Assembly (NCBI RefSeq): GCF_006345805.1
Contig: NC_043001.1
Span: forward strand, 97,278,001 to 97,342,000
DNA: 64,000 nt
DNA from: Octopus sinensis
Taxonomy: Eukaryota
Direction: 5' to 3'
The position numbers and the translations under genes were made by a program. The notes under the pieces were generated by a model, which did no database searches, had not been told where the DNA came from, and saw only the letters and a list, made by a program, of their open reading frames with translations. Numbering within the stretch: position 1 is the stretch's first letter; every line of letters begins with the position of its first letter. Shown piece by piece: positions 40,635-53,794 of this stretch.

Positions 40635-41849
40635 ATCCGAAAACGTATAAAAATGTACAAAAACGGCCAAAAGCTGGCAGCAATGTGAGTGACAACAACG
40701 AAAAAGTCAAAAGTGATCAAACTGAACAAACGAAAGGAAAAGTTTTTTGATGCACACGACAAAAGTGGTTTATAATAAACCAAGAGTTTGCAAGTAGCGT
40801 CCGAGGACCGTTAGGGTACGTCAAAAATTGAAGGTAAAACGTTTGGGGTGGTAGTTATAAAGAAAGTTTAAACCAAAAAAGTATTCGAATAACTTGCGGC
40901 TGCAGCAGCTATTAGCAGAAGTGGCGGTGTTGGGGGTAAAGTCTCGAATGTAATTTCTTCCTGGTAGGAATTGGTTGGATCGAATTATCGATAGCTAAAA
41001 AGGTCAAGTTGCGTCCCCTAGACACTCTGGTTTGTGTTTAATACACAAATTTGTTTGCTATGTGTGCCACATATGATTAAATTAACCGACTTTTTCCAAT
41101 AATGTATCCTATTGGAATAAAAAGGGCTATATAGCTCCTTGGAGCAGACATGATGCTCGTTGTGAAAAAAAAAAGATTCCTGCCAATTTGTGAAAGATAT
41201 TGTCGAAAATATGTCATCTTGAATTTGAACGCGATTTCCCAAAATGGCATGATTTTATCGATTGTTTCTGATGGTAAGGTATTGCATGGAAAACTAACGT
41301 CAGAATTGAGTTTCTTAGGGTAACATTAAGCTTCACCATGAGTTTGGTGAAAATCGATTGCAAGTTGTGAAAGCTACCATAGATAATGCGTTGCATAAAA
41401 AAAGCTTAGATTCTCGAGTTGCGTCCCCTAGCCAGTCTGTGGTTCATGTTTATGATTCTCGACCCCATGTCGAATTTATCAATTTTTTTTCAGAACTGGG
41501 GGAACTTTTCAAAATTTTCGCTGCGTTAGTTTTGAATTATGACATTGGGCTATGTGTGTGTCAAGTTTCATCAGAATCGGTTGAAAGCCGTGGTCAGAGT
41601 GAGGGTACGAGAAAACAGACACACAGAAGCACGCACAGACAAACTGCCGTTTATATATAGATATATATATATATATATATAAGTAAAAATTCATTATCTG
41701 ATTATCTATGAATTCGTCACCTTTTGCGTTCTCTCGTTTTGCATATATACATATACACATATATTTGGTATTTCAAACAGAAACTAATATAATTGATATA
41801 TTTTATATATTTAATATCTAGTTGTTTACCAAACAACTTTCACATTCAA

Positions 41850-42440
41850 GTGCTACCAGTCGAGAGCTCCGCATACCGGAAACTAGCAAGTGTAGCGTCT
41901 AATCAGGAGAGAATGCGCGCCGTTTCGGGGCCTACTCCTTGACGGCATCAGTGATACGAGGTCCCGCATTCTTGATCAACTGGTTATTAATTAAAACTCA
42001 ATATTCTTCTCACCATCGCTCATCGCTAAACCAGTGGTTATCGTTTTCCACTGTAGTTTGGATATCGGCCATGGTGGTATTTACGATGATTTAGGCCTAA
42101 CGATTAGAACAGTTGCCTCACACTGTGTCCAACAAACCCTCTACATCCGACTTCGATTGGAAAATGCTCCGCTTTCCAGCCCTCTTCTTTACATTCCTTG
42201 AAGAGGTTTACATAACGGTCAGTCTTTCGAACACGAGCGGCGTTCATGTTATCTTCATAAGGAACCGTTATCTCGACTACATTCACAACGTTCCTTCTTT
42301 CACACAACATTATAATGTCCGGCGTTTTCGTAACTCGGATGGGAAACACTTCCTAGCATCCTGGTAATCTGCAGTCAACTCCCAATAGCCGTTCTACCTT
42401 TGATCGCTTACAGGAAGCTTGTTGTTCTTCTCGTTGAAAC
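41850..42440 (-). mobile_element. 3' fragment of an RLE-type (HERO-like) non-LTR retrotransposon
   Basis: ORF 42104-42349: TPDII..VEITVPYEDN..RKTDRY..EC..EGW..FPIEVGCRGFVG; boundaries approximate. Confidence 0.75.
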
Positions 42441-42845
42441 GAATCCTGCGCGCACGGAGGTAATGAAATCTCTAGTCGGTACTATCAACGGTTTTTTTCT
42501 CACTGTTATTGATCACTTTTTTTCTCTATAGCATAGAAGATAACCTTAAGAAACAAGCTGTGCCTCTTTGTATATCTAGTCAACGCTAGTGAACAGCTAA
42601 AAATTAATACTTCAGTGTTACGATCTTTCCGTATTGCATATATCATTCTCTGAGACTAGATTTGTAGGTGATGGCAAGACATCATAGAACGAAAGAATCA
42701 GAAAACTTAGCCGGCATGTGCTCCACCGCCATATCTCATCTCAACTTATTTTGTTCTCAAAATCATGGTCCTCCCATTATCATGTCATCTGTCCATGCAT
42801 TGGGTCAAATGAAGCTCTCTTCTCTCTCAGTTAAGAGCAGGAGCC

Positions 42846-42846
<1 letters not shown>

Positions 42847-42888
<42 letters not shown>

Positions 42889-42889
42889 G

Positions 42890-42980
<91 letters not shown>
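42847..42980. repeat. (TTA)n(GTA)n microsatellite
   Basis: Directly visible. Confidence 0.95.
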
Positions 42981-43426
42981 TCTAGTTGTTGAATGTGTTG
43001 AAAGTTAATGTTTTCAAGTAATATTTTAACAATTTTCCTACTTAAAATCTATTTTTGCATTTACTTTACCGCTGAGAGAGTCATCTCTATCTGAAGCCAT
43101 TAACATTCTTTTTCGGTCGTTAAATTATTGTAAATGTAATGATTACACTTGAGCAAATTCCATAAGTTATTCGCCTGATGACATTGTGAAACAGAAATAT
43201 TTTCCACACTACCGTATATTCCAGTGTTGTAAGATAGTATATACAGGAATACAGAAAAGATTACCTATAGCACAAGTTGGTGAAAGTCAATTAAGAATAG
43301 CTATAAGGTTCCCCATAAGCAAACAAATTTAGTAGAATGACGCGCTCGGAAAAACATAATCCATAGAAAGCCGCATTTCACCGTACCCATCCAAGACACA
43401 TATCTGCCTATAAGTCTCTCTCTCTT

Positions 43427-43457
<31 letters not shown>

Positions 43458-43622
43458 CTATCCATCTATGTAAATCCACACGTATATATATATATACATT
43501 CAACAATATAAGGAATGGCCATATAGGACATTCGACTCACTAGAAAGAGCAGCCAAAACTCATACCGCTAAATAGTTGGAATTCTGAAATAGAAAGAGAA
43601 ATACAAACGTTTACCCCTTTCA

Positions 43623-43719
43623 TCTCTGGACTAAGCATAGTTTCGGCAAAACTTTGGCAAATGAATTAATTTTAATTAAATTAAATTCATTTACATCTGG
43701 CGTGCCTCGTCAGCAGAGA
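43623..43719 (-). ncRNA. Type I hammerhead ribozyme motif, family E unit 1
   Basis: Minus strand: tctctg-CTGACGA-ggca...tgcc-GAAA-cta-tgct-taGTC-cagaga; perfect 6-bp stem I, 4-bp stem III, long AU-rich stem II. Confidence 0.88.
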
Positions 43720-44093
43720 GCCTAGGACGAGTATATGTCCACGAGGCTATGGTAAAGAAGCCTCCAGTCACATATGCTCTAAATTTTCAAATCTTACCGC
43801 AATCGCGCGATCTACTCAGCAGCAAATATAAACCGCTGATTTAATTTCAAAATTAGCCAAAAAATCATTAATTAATAAATATAAGGGTAGCAAAAAATTC
43901 TAGAAAAAATTTTCCTCTACCAGCGGTCTAGTGAGAAAGGGAAAATAGTCAAAGACTATATAATATACATTCAACAATATAAGGAATGGCCATATAGGAT
44001 ATTCGACTCACTAGAAAAAGCAGCCAAAACTCATACCGATAAATAGTTGTAATTCTGAAATAGAAAGAGAAATAAAAACGTTTACCCATTTCA

Positions 44094-44184
44094 TCTCTGG
44101 ACTATGCATATTTTCGGCAAAACTTTGGCAAATGAATTAATTAAATTAAATTCATTTACATATGGCGTGCCTCGTCAGCAGAGA
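44094..44184 (-). ncRNA. Type I hammerhead ribozyme motif, family E unit 2
   Basis: Same as unit 1 but GAAA-A-tatgcata-GTC (C>A mismatch at the base of stem III). Confidence 0.75.
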
Positions 44185-44513
44185 GCCTAGGACGAGTATA
44201 TGTCCACGAGGCTATGGTAAAGAAGCCTCCAGTCACATATGCTCTAAATTTTCAAATCTTACCGCAATCGCGCGGTCTACTCAGCAGCAAATATAAACCG
44301 CTGATTTAATTTCAAAATTAGCCAAAAAATCATTAATTAATAAATATAAGGGTAGCAAAAATTTCTAGAAAAAATTTTCCGCTACCAGCGGTCTAGTGAG
44401 AAAGTAAATTAGTCAAAGACTATATAATATACATTCAACAATATATATGTTATGTTTTGACGATTTCCGTTTATTGTGTGTTTTTTTTTTACCTTATATG
44501 TATGTATATATAT

Positions 44514-46608
44514 ATATAAGAATGAATGTTTTTATATATAATGAACGTGAAATACAGGAAGGGACGAACACGGAACACAGACAAATCATTCGAAGCCTTC
44601 AATCTTCAGTCAGACACCGAATCATCATAGCAAATTTCGGCTGTTCAATTCTGATATTTGCTCCAACTCGGCCAGCCCCAAGAAAAAAAACTAAGCTGTA
44701 AGCATTAGATTTCTTGGTAGAAGACAGGAATGTGAACGCACAAGACGGATGTGAATACAAGAGACGAAAACGAAATTGAAAACAGTAATGAATAAACAGA
44801 ACATATATAACGGTGGTTGTCATACGACTTTAGACCAAATGAGACAAAAACACAACAACATAGCTGGCGTAGAAATAATTACCGTTTCGGTAGCGGGGAC
44901 ACATGTTGGTCGAGATACGAAGGCCAACAGAATGGTTTAAGAAGCAGCAGGTCGCAGGAGAGAGAGAAAGAGAGACAGAGAGAGAGGGAATCAAAGAGGG
45001 TGGAAGGCAGGGGACAGAATCAGTGACCAAGAGAAAAGGAAAAAGAAGGGATTAAGGAGGATGGGAGGAAGAGGGGAGGAGGATGGGAGGAAGAGAGGGG
45101 AAGAATCGGAGGGCGCCAAAAAGTTTGGTGAAGAAGCAATGGCGGGTAGTAAAAGACAGTGTGTATAGAAGTCGTGCAGGGTTTAAAAATTGGACAAACA
45201 AACGGGGGGGTGCACGTAACGCCGCAATAATATAAGAATGAATGTTTTTATATATAATGAACGTGAAATACAGGAAGGGACGAACACGGAACACAGACAA
45301 ATCATTCGAAGCCTTCAATCTTCAGTCAGACACCGAATCATCATAGCAAATTTCGGCTGTTCAATTCTGATATTTGCTCCAACTCGGCCAGCCCCAAGAA
45401 AAAAAACTAAGCTGTAAGCATTAGATTTCTTGGTAGAAGACAGGAATGTGAACGCACAAGACGGATGTGAATACAAGAGACGAAAACGAAATTGAAAACA
45501 GTAATGAATAAACAGAACATATATAACGGTGGTTGTCATACGACTTTAGACCAAATGAGACAAAAACACAACAACAACATAGCTGGCGTAGAAATAATTA
45601 CCGTTTCGGTAGCGGGGACACATGTTGGTCGAGATACGAAGGCCAACAGAATGGTTTAAGAAGCAGCAGGTCGCAGGAGAGAGAGAGAAAGAGAGACAGA
45701 GAGAGAGGGAATCAAAGAGGTGGAAGGCAGGGGACAGAATCAGTGACCAAGAGAAAAGGAAAAAGAAGGGATTAAGGAGGATGGGAGGAAGAGGGAGGAG
45801 GATGGGAGGAAGAGGGGAGGAGGATGGGAGGAAGAGAGGGGAAGAATCGGAGGGCGCCAAAAAGTTTGGTGAAGAAGCAATGGCGGGTAGTAAAAGACAG
45901 TGTGTATAGAAGTCGTGCAGGGTTTAAAAATTGGACAAACAAACGGGGGGGTGCACGTAACGCCGCAATAATATAAGAATGAATGTTTTTATATATAATG
46001 AACGTGAAATACAGGAAGGGACGAACACGGAACACAGACAAATCATTCGAAGCCTTCAATCTTCAGTCAGACACCGAATCATCATAGCAAATTCGGCTGT
46101 TCAATTCTGATATTTGCCCAACTCGGCCAGCCCCAAGAAAAAAAACTAAGCTGTAAGCATTAGATTTCTTGGTAGAAGACAGGAATGTGAACGCACAAGA
46201 CGGATGTGAATACAAGAGACGAAAACGAAATTGAAAACAGTAATGAATAAACAGAACATATATAACGGTGGTTGTCATACGACTTTAGACCAAATGAGAC
46301 AAAAACACAACAACAACATAGCTGGCGTAGAAATAATTACCGTTTCGGTAGCGGGGACACATGTTGGTCGAGATACGAAGGCCAACAGAATGGTTTAAGA
46401 AGCAGCAGGTCGCAGGAGAGAGAGAAAGAGAGACAGAGAGAGAGGGAATCAAAGAGGGTGGAAGGCAGGGGACAGAATCAGTGACCAAGAGAAAAGGAAA
46501 AAGAAGGGATTAAGGAGGATGGGAGGAAGAGGGGAGGAGGATGGGAGGAAGAGAGGGGAAGAATCGGAGGGCGCCAAAAAGTTTGGTGAAGAAGCAATGG
46601 CGGGTAGT
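44514..46608. repeat. Family F tandem repeat, ~2.9 units of 716-741 bp, flanked by (TA)n
   Basis: AATGAATGTTTTTAT at 44521, 45237 and 45978; length variation lies mainly in a GGAGGATGGGAGGAAGAGG purine subrepeat. Confidence 0.92.
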
Positions 46609-47631
46609 ATATATATATATATATATATACATACGGGAATATGCAAGCGCTTACACGCGTGTGCAAACCTATGGCATACTATCCACGGATAGAGAACGTA
46701 CGCGCGTGTGCGCGGATATGCAAATGTAAGTGTTTACTGTTGAGTAATATAACATCATTTTACCTCCGACTGCTATGTTATATTCCTCTAATGACTAGTA
46801 ACATTACCCCCCATCTCCCCCTTTTTATTTCGCTCCCCGCTTTCCTTCCTAGAAAATCCACCTTATTCCCACTACTAAATATGTAACCCCTTCTCTTCCT
46901 TTTGTATTCATTCCTAACAATTTCACTTCTAAAAATTCTAGCTTTTTCTTTTATTTTCTTTTGCTACTGTATAAGTGCATGTACTTGGGTGCGACAGTAT
47001 ATATATTTACCGTTGATAAAGTAAAATGACCCCAGCTTAACATCAACAACGACCTTCCCTCAGTCAACATCAGTTTGACCTAAAATACCCTTTCTCCCTC
47101 TCTCTCCTTTTCTTTATTCTTAACAGCTTCAGAAAATTGCCCTCATCTATAATGTTGATCTTCTTTTCTATTAGCGACCATTTTCTATTACCGAACCCTC
47201 GCGAATGGGAAAGTATAGAATTCCCTCCCTGCATAAGTGTCTCGTCAAGCGACGGACTGAGAGTTATCTCTCTAAATGGAATCTGTTTAGTTCGGGTGTA
47301 GTGTAGCATGTTCTTAGTGTCCGTAGATGAAGGCTGGGTAGGAATCTGCACCAAGGGATGCACCACAACTAGTTGTATAGCTTCCCACCCGCGAAGTATC
47401 GATGCAAGCTGTATCGAAACGATCGTAATGAGCAATATAGTTTCCCGTGCATTCAATGTCTGTCTCTATCGTTTGTTATTATACCAAACGGACACTGAAG
47501 ATTCCTGTGTTAGATCCAGTGATATTTGTTTAATTATCATGAATGCCGTCAGGTAGCCATAGATAGTGAACATGCTCTGTCGGTGTACTACTAGGGACAT
47601 ATACAACACTTAAATATTAGCCTTATATATA

Positions 47632-47791
47632 GGCGCAGGTGTGGCTGTGTGGTAAGTAGCTTGCTCACCAACCACATGGTTCCGGGTTCAGTCTCACTGC
47701 ATGGCACCTTGGGCAAGTGTCTTCTACTGTAGCCTCGGGCCGACCAAAGCGTTGTGAGTGGATTTGGTAGACGAAAAGTTGCACAAAGCCC
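47632..47791 (+). mobile_element. SINE family S1, 5' half
   Basis: Near-identical to 3968-4128. Confidence 0.9.
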
Positions 47792-47795
47792 ATAG

Positions 47796-47855
<60 letters not shown>

Positions 47856-47869
47856 CATGTATATATATA

Positions 47870-47941
<72 letters not shown>

Positions 47942-48763
47942 TGAATGTCACTTCTAATCCTATATCTTGGAAGGTGGTAAATCTTTCTGTATTGTTAGAT
48001 CGTTCGACTATAATTGTCTGAAATATTTCTTCCTGTCTTCGCATTCTGATTTCAAGAAACGCCGATGTTAAATTTAAACTAAGTTCTTCTCTGTAATAAA
48101 ATAATATACCGTGTAGGAACTGGATTTGAATTAATCGATTAACTCTGCCCTTGTTACTATTCTGAAGACAATAATTATCTAACACACATACACACCCACA
48201 TATACACACATACGTAAGTACATACATACATTCGTACGTACGTACGCACGTATATGTCATCTAGCCAGCCTTACAAATTTGCTGAATTTCTTGTAAATCA
48301 AACTAGCATTTCAACAGAAAATGCAAAAGTCTTTATGTCTCATACAAAATTAACAATACTTTTAAAGATATCTCGGGTGAAATTATGTTTATTCTTAGAA
48401 ATCATTTCAAAAAAATTTCTCGCTTCTATGAGTTCGTTGTTTTCAGCTGTCAACACTCAAGTGTCGCCTGGATGAACGTAGAAGAGATGGAAAAGATAAA
48501 AATAACTCTACTATACTTATAGAACATCTATTGTCCCGATTCTACCCTCAAACAACTTATTCTATGCGCTTCTTTGATTCAGTCGCTCATATAACTGACA
48601 AGGTTATCTCACTACCCCCTCTCTCTAATACTGGGGTACATCCTAGAGAAATTTAGTCGTGTTATCGACTTCTCTACTTATTTATTAAAACCTGCAACTT
48701 ATTTAATTGGTTATTTGTATAGAAGATGTATGCTACAGGGAATTCAACACACAAACAGCAAGG

Positions 48764-49155
48764 GGAAGCCCAATGGCCCAATGGTCAGGGCAGCGGACTC
48801 GCGGTCGGAGAATCGCGGTTTTGATTCCCAGACCGGGCTTTGTGTGTGTTTATTGAGCGAAAACACCTAAAGCTCCACGATGCTCCGGCAGGGGGTGGTG
48901 GTGACCCCTGTTGTACTCTTTCGCTCCAACTTTCTATCACCCTTGCTTCCTGTTTCTTGTCCCCGACTTCCTACGCAACTGCTGAGCCTGGATGCGCATT
49001 CATCCATCCGTCGATGCTCTCAGTGTCGGGGGTTGACCTGCTTTCTCTTCTGCGGGTCTGACGAATTGCAAAGGATCACGTTTCGGATTTCTCCCATCTT
49101 GCGAGCTCTGGGACGAAGATCATTCGCTCAACAGCAACAGCAACAGTAACAACAG
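48764..49155 (+). mobile_element. SINE family S2, tail type b ending in (CAACAG)n
   Basis: Head and body homologous to 20182-20375; unrelated 3' part. Confidence 0.85.
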
Positions 49156-49253
49156 TTGCCAGGAGTCGATAGGACAAACACACACACACACACACATCAT
49201 TTAATCATAAATCCGAAGTAGAAGCACATTTTAAGTCATAGAGCAGTAGAGTC

Positions 49254-49474
49254 TTTAGAGTATGTTAGCTTTGGCCGGTTCATGAGTTACTCAGAGTTTG
49301 GCGTCCATAAAGCTCTTAGCTATACACATGTTTCGTCATGTCCTCATAGTCGGTCACCTATAACAGTAAGCCACCAACCATTAGGGTCTGCGGAGACGTG
49401 TGTAAAGCTAAGCGCTTTATGGACGAGAAAAAGTGGGTAACCCTATGTACCAGCCATAACAAATATTTTCTAAA
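49254..49474. repeat. Imperfect inverted repeat (MITE-like)
   Basis: CGTCCATAAAGCTCTTAGCTATACACATGTTTC (49302-49334) pairs with GAGACGTGTGTAAAGCTAAGCGCTTTATGGACG (49393-49425); weaker pairing extends outward. Confidence 0.6.
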
Positions 49475-49492
49475 TATGTATATATATACATA

Positions 49493-49789
49493 GCACCGTT
49501 ACCACCGTGACCGACCAGGCTATCAGACGTTGTTACACATCGCTGATCACAATGCGCTTCACATTTTTAGCCGTCAAATGACGCCACCTCGCTGCCTAAG
49601 CGAGCAGGCCAACAGAAGAAAGTTGTGGGGAATGAGTATAGCAGGGTTCCCGACCATCCTCTGTTGGAGCCACCTGGAGCTTTATGTATTTTCGCTCAAT
49701 AAATTCTCACAAGGCCCCGTCTGAGAATCGAAACTGCGATCCTACGACCGCGTGTCCACTGCCCTAACCACTGGGCCATTGCACCTCCA
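49493..49789 (-). mobile_element. SINE family S2, tail type c
   Basis: Minus-strand head TGGAGGTGCAATGGCCCAGTGGTTAGGGCAG..; third unrelated tail ..GCGCATTGTGATCAGCGATGTG..GGTCGGTCACGG. Confidence 0.85.
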
Positions 49790-49868
49790 CACACACACAC
49801 ACACACACATGTTTCCGTCGGCCAAGTTCATTCTTCATAGGGCGTCAGTCAGTATGGAACTACATTCT

Positions 49869-50187
49869 TGGCACCCCGTCGGTTACGACGTCGAAGGTTC
49901 CAGTTCATCCGATCAACGGAACAGCTTGTCCGAGAAATTAACGCGCAAGTCGTTGAACACTCCACAGACACGTGTTCCCTTAACGTAGCTCTGGGGGAGA
50001 TTCAGCGTGACACAGAGTGTGACTGGTACAACAGAAAAACGAAAGAGTCAGAGAAACTTGCGGCGAAAGAGTGCATCAGGGTTCACTGCCACTCCCTGCC
50101 GGAGACACGTGGAGCCTTTAGGTGTTTTCGTTTTGGGAATCAAAACAGCGATCCTACGACCGCAAATCCGCTGCCATTGCGCCTCCA
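49869..50187 (-). mobile_element. SINE family S2, tail type a, decayed
   Basis: Reverse complement of 20182-20561 with deletions. Confidence 0.82.
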
Positions 50188-50503
50188 CGGCACTAACATC
50201 ATGTGTCGTAACCTGGAACTGAACTTCAGACCGCGTTCTCTTGAAGGGAAATTGTTAAACACAAAATCATGCCAGCGCTCGTGGAGGACTCCTTCATAAG
50301 TTCTCTATTATATATAAAGTTTATATATACCACGCCGAAACGCTTGTACATATGTCAAGACACACTCCGTAGTGTATGTTATTTTTACACACACACAAAC
50401 ACGCGCGCGCGCGCACACACACACACACAAAAACACAGACATATATCTGTGCGCACGCACATACACACACATATGGATGTATGAATATAAATATATATAT
50501 ATA

Positions 50504-50572
<69 letters not shown>

Positions 50573-50649
50573 GTGTGTGTGTGTGTTTGTGTGTGTATGT
50601 ATATATATGTATATGTATGTATACATACCTGTCTGTGTATGTGTGTGCG

Positions 50650-50885
50650 CGCGGGTCTTTCTGTTTGTGCCACCTTACCACTTGATAACCGGTGTTGCTG
50701 TGTTTACGTTACTGCAACTTAGATGCTCGGCCAAAGAACCCGATACAATATGTACAATATGACACTTGCACGTTAACTTCCCGAACAAGCCGTTCTGTTG
50801 ATTGGTGTTGATTCGTCCAACTAAAATTATTCATGACGGTTCCACAGCATGGCTGCAGTGTAGTGACTGAAACAAGGACAAGATA
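50650..50885 (+). mobile_element. Decayed chimeric SINE remnant (S1 3' half plus S2a block)
   Basis: CTTGATAACCGGTGTTG..CAGCATGGCTGCAGT..TGACTGAAACAAG (S1) around CACTTGCACGTTAA (S2a). Confidence 0.55.
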
Positions 50886-51808
50886 ATATATATAAATATA
50901 CATAAAGGGAGTCGATGTATAAAGATAAAATGATAGTTAGAAGTATGTTGTAGATATTTACAATTGTGCATTTGTATGTAAGTTAGTGTATGTGTAACCA
51001 TTTATACAGTGAGTGTATGTGTAACCAAATCTGGTTTAACGAAAGAAAACTACATATGATTTTCCTGAAATCTAAATCCAACAAGGATATGAAGAAATCT
51101 AGATTTTGTGTCTCGCATTCAGCCCATATCTTATTAGTCAATTACTTTTCTTACTTCGCGTATCATAGTAACCACGGATATATTTGGTAATCGACTATCT
51201 GATTCGATGCAGAATGGCATAACCCATATTCAACGATTCAAAAACATGATTTTCGTATTTGCTATGGATAGATGATCGAGGTGGAAATGAGCATTGTCCG
51301 AGATCTGATCGCAAAGTGGGAAAGATATGTAAGCATTATGAAAGGCACGGAAGGATTCAGTTCCCATTCGAATTCTGACAAGCATACTGGTTGTACGCAT
51401 AGAAATGTATTCACCAAAGTGATGATATTCATTAAAGAAGACGTGTTCAAACAACAAATGAATAATCTTATGATGGTGAGTGTTCAATAAACATGATTTG
51501 CATACTCGTACGTATATGAAAAAAACATACATACATACATACACACACACACATACACATATATATATATACATATATAATATATATATATATATATTAT
51601 ATATATATAATTATATATGTATATATATTCCATATATATATATATATATATATATATGATATTATATATATATGTATATATATATATGATATATCATATA
51701 TATATTTTATATATATATATATAATATGATATATCGTATATATATATATATGATATGATATATATGATATATCATGATATATCATATATATATGATATAT
51801 CATGATAT

Positions 51809-51844
<36 letters not shown>

Positions 51845-53794
51845 GTGTGTGTGTGGTGTTATTTCCTCGACAATGGAGTTGCGTTTTTTTTTCCCCCAGA
51901 AGCTACGTATTCACTTAGAACCTACTTTCTATGAATCGTTGTTTATGCCGGTGCGTATTGACGTATTCTTAATCGATATATATTTCGGACTGAGTCTGTT
52001 GTTTTCTTTTTTGTATTATTTTCTCTTGCGAATGTGGTGATGGTGGAGACGTTTAATGATGGTACATTTTCAGCAAACCGTGTCGAAATAGTCATTTTCT
52101 ATTTACATTTGGAGAAGTTTCACTTAATTTCCGTCACTAATGCCTGCAATAGCCTCATGCTCGTCACGAGTTTTTGAATGCATTCAATAAAATCGATATT
52201 CGATCAATTATATTGCTTCCGTAAAAAGTCATATAATTATAACAGATGAATTTTAAGTTGATGCATCAAACTTAGCTGAGATAAATATACCTTGTCATGA
52301 TTGTACATATTTAGTTTCTGATATTGCATTAACTTACATACATAATTATTACAGTTGTTATTGTTACTATTGCTGATGTGGTTACTATTGCAGCTATTAT
52401 ATTTTTTGTTGTTGCTAATACATAAACCCGTATATATACACAAAAGACACACATACACATACTTAAGATGAAATGGGGATGGGGATAGAGAGATAAATAA
52501 TTAACTAAAATAAAATATTTGGGAAGGGCACGACTACAAACAGGATAGAAAGAAAACCCTTATACACACTCAAATCACGCATACAAAACACACAGACATG
52601 TATATACACACCCCACGCACACACAAACACACAGGCTCAAACGCATGTGCAGATAACTATACACACTGAAGAACAGGTAGATACAAGTGGAACGGAGGGT
52701 CCCTGAAGAGGTCACAGATGTGGGAAGAAAGATGTCTAGACAATGGATATAAAACATGATTAAATGAAGGATGAATATATAGTGCCTGTGATTATTTGGC
52801 CAAAAAAAGGAGTATATCGAAATATTGTTGTTGTCCAAACTAGTGACACATATTTATTTCCATTTCAAAATATGCGTTATAATAAGCAAATACTTCTTAT
52901 GGGACTCTGAAGTAACTGTCCCAGTTGTATATATGTACACATGCAGCATATCTATCGGCTGTTGGATAGATTTCAATAAATATTTATACAGTGTGATTGA
53001 CTCATATATCATACCCGTCAGAGTAAATGAATATAAAAACCTCTTATACATAATTTCTTGGCTGAAATCTTACACGACCACCATTGTTTACAGGAGAGTG
53101 AAAGAATAGTGCAATTCACACACACATTAAAACGAGGTTGTATAAAATATTAAATAGTTTGCCATGAATAATTCCCTTATATAGTTATATATCCTAAAAA
53201 TTCTGTTGTTTCAGGTTTAAGAATTTGACGACTGAATTCCATTGTAAAAACGAGAATTACTTATATCAAGCAATTACTTTATACATTTAAATACTGTTTG
53301 AACAACTGCATACTTGGACAGTAAATTCTTGCGAAAAAGTAATATATTTATTGTATATGGAGTATTTACTCTTAGCATTATTATATACAATAGTTAAGAA
53401 AATTTTGTAATCATTTGTCCAGTGGAAAATTGTGTTTGATCTTTTACACGAAGGATAAACCCAAGTTTTAGTGCTTTTGCTGTACTTGCTAAATATACCA
53501 GGATACAATGAGCAGATTCTCAAAGAAGAACATTAATTAGCAAAGGTGTGCTCTTTGTAGGTTTTTGTCGATTTCCAACGGATAGCATCTGCCTCAAATC
53601 ACAACTTTTTGTTTTATGAATAAGATATATTTTTATAATCTAAAGTTAAGCACAGTTTTTCTGGAGAGAAAAGATAGTGTGTTCTTTAATCCAAGAATAA
53701 GTTTGTCAGCAGGCCTCAAAAATAAATGCTAATTAGGGTTAAACAACAGTAATAACAACTGTGTAACAAGAACAAAGAGAAATTCAATAACATA

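Larger units (their letters stand above)
35534..41661 (-). mobile_element. Full-length Helitron (rolling-circle transposon)
   Basis: Minus strand A|TC 5' end at 41661; 3' hairpin CCCGGGCAACGCCGGG (35546-35561) then CTAG|T at 35534; RepHel coding region inside; inserted in (TA)n. Confidence 0.95.
43492..44444 (-). mobile_element. Family E: retrozyme-like head-to-tail dimer (471 + 464 bp), one HHR per unit
   Basis: CATTCAACAATAT at 43497, 43968 and 44432; units near-identical; TA-rich flanks. Confidence 0.82.

Noticed and set aside
41908-41972. CTGATGC...GAAAC within an AGAATGCG/CGCATTCT stem in the HERO-like 3' UTR (minus)
   Set aside because: Core A9 is missing and stems I/II do not pair convincingly.
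44575-44690. HHR-like words in family F (minus strand CTGAAGA; CAGCC-GAAA)
   Set aside because: Cannot be assembled into a core with stems I-III in any HHR topology.
47390-47432. GATGCA/TGTATC hairpin followed by GAAACGATCGTA (HHR 3' half-like)
   Set aside because: No CTGANGA before the hairpin and no stem I; possibly a decayed motif but not supportable.
51169-51480. Possible host exon (pyrimidine-rich AG acceptor, GTGAGT donor)
   Set aside because: No frame is open across the whole interval and no recognisable protein; would need RNA-seq.
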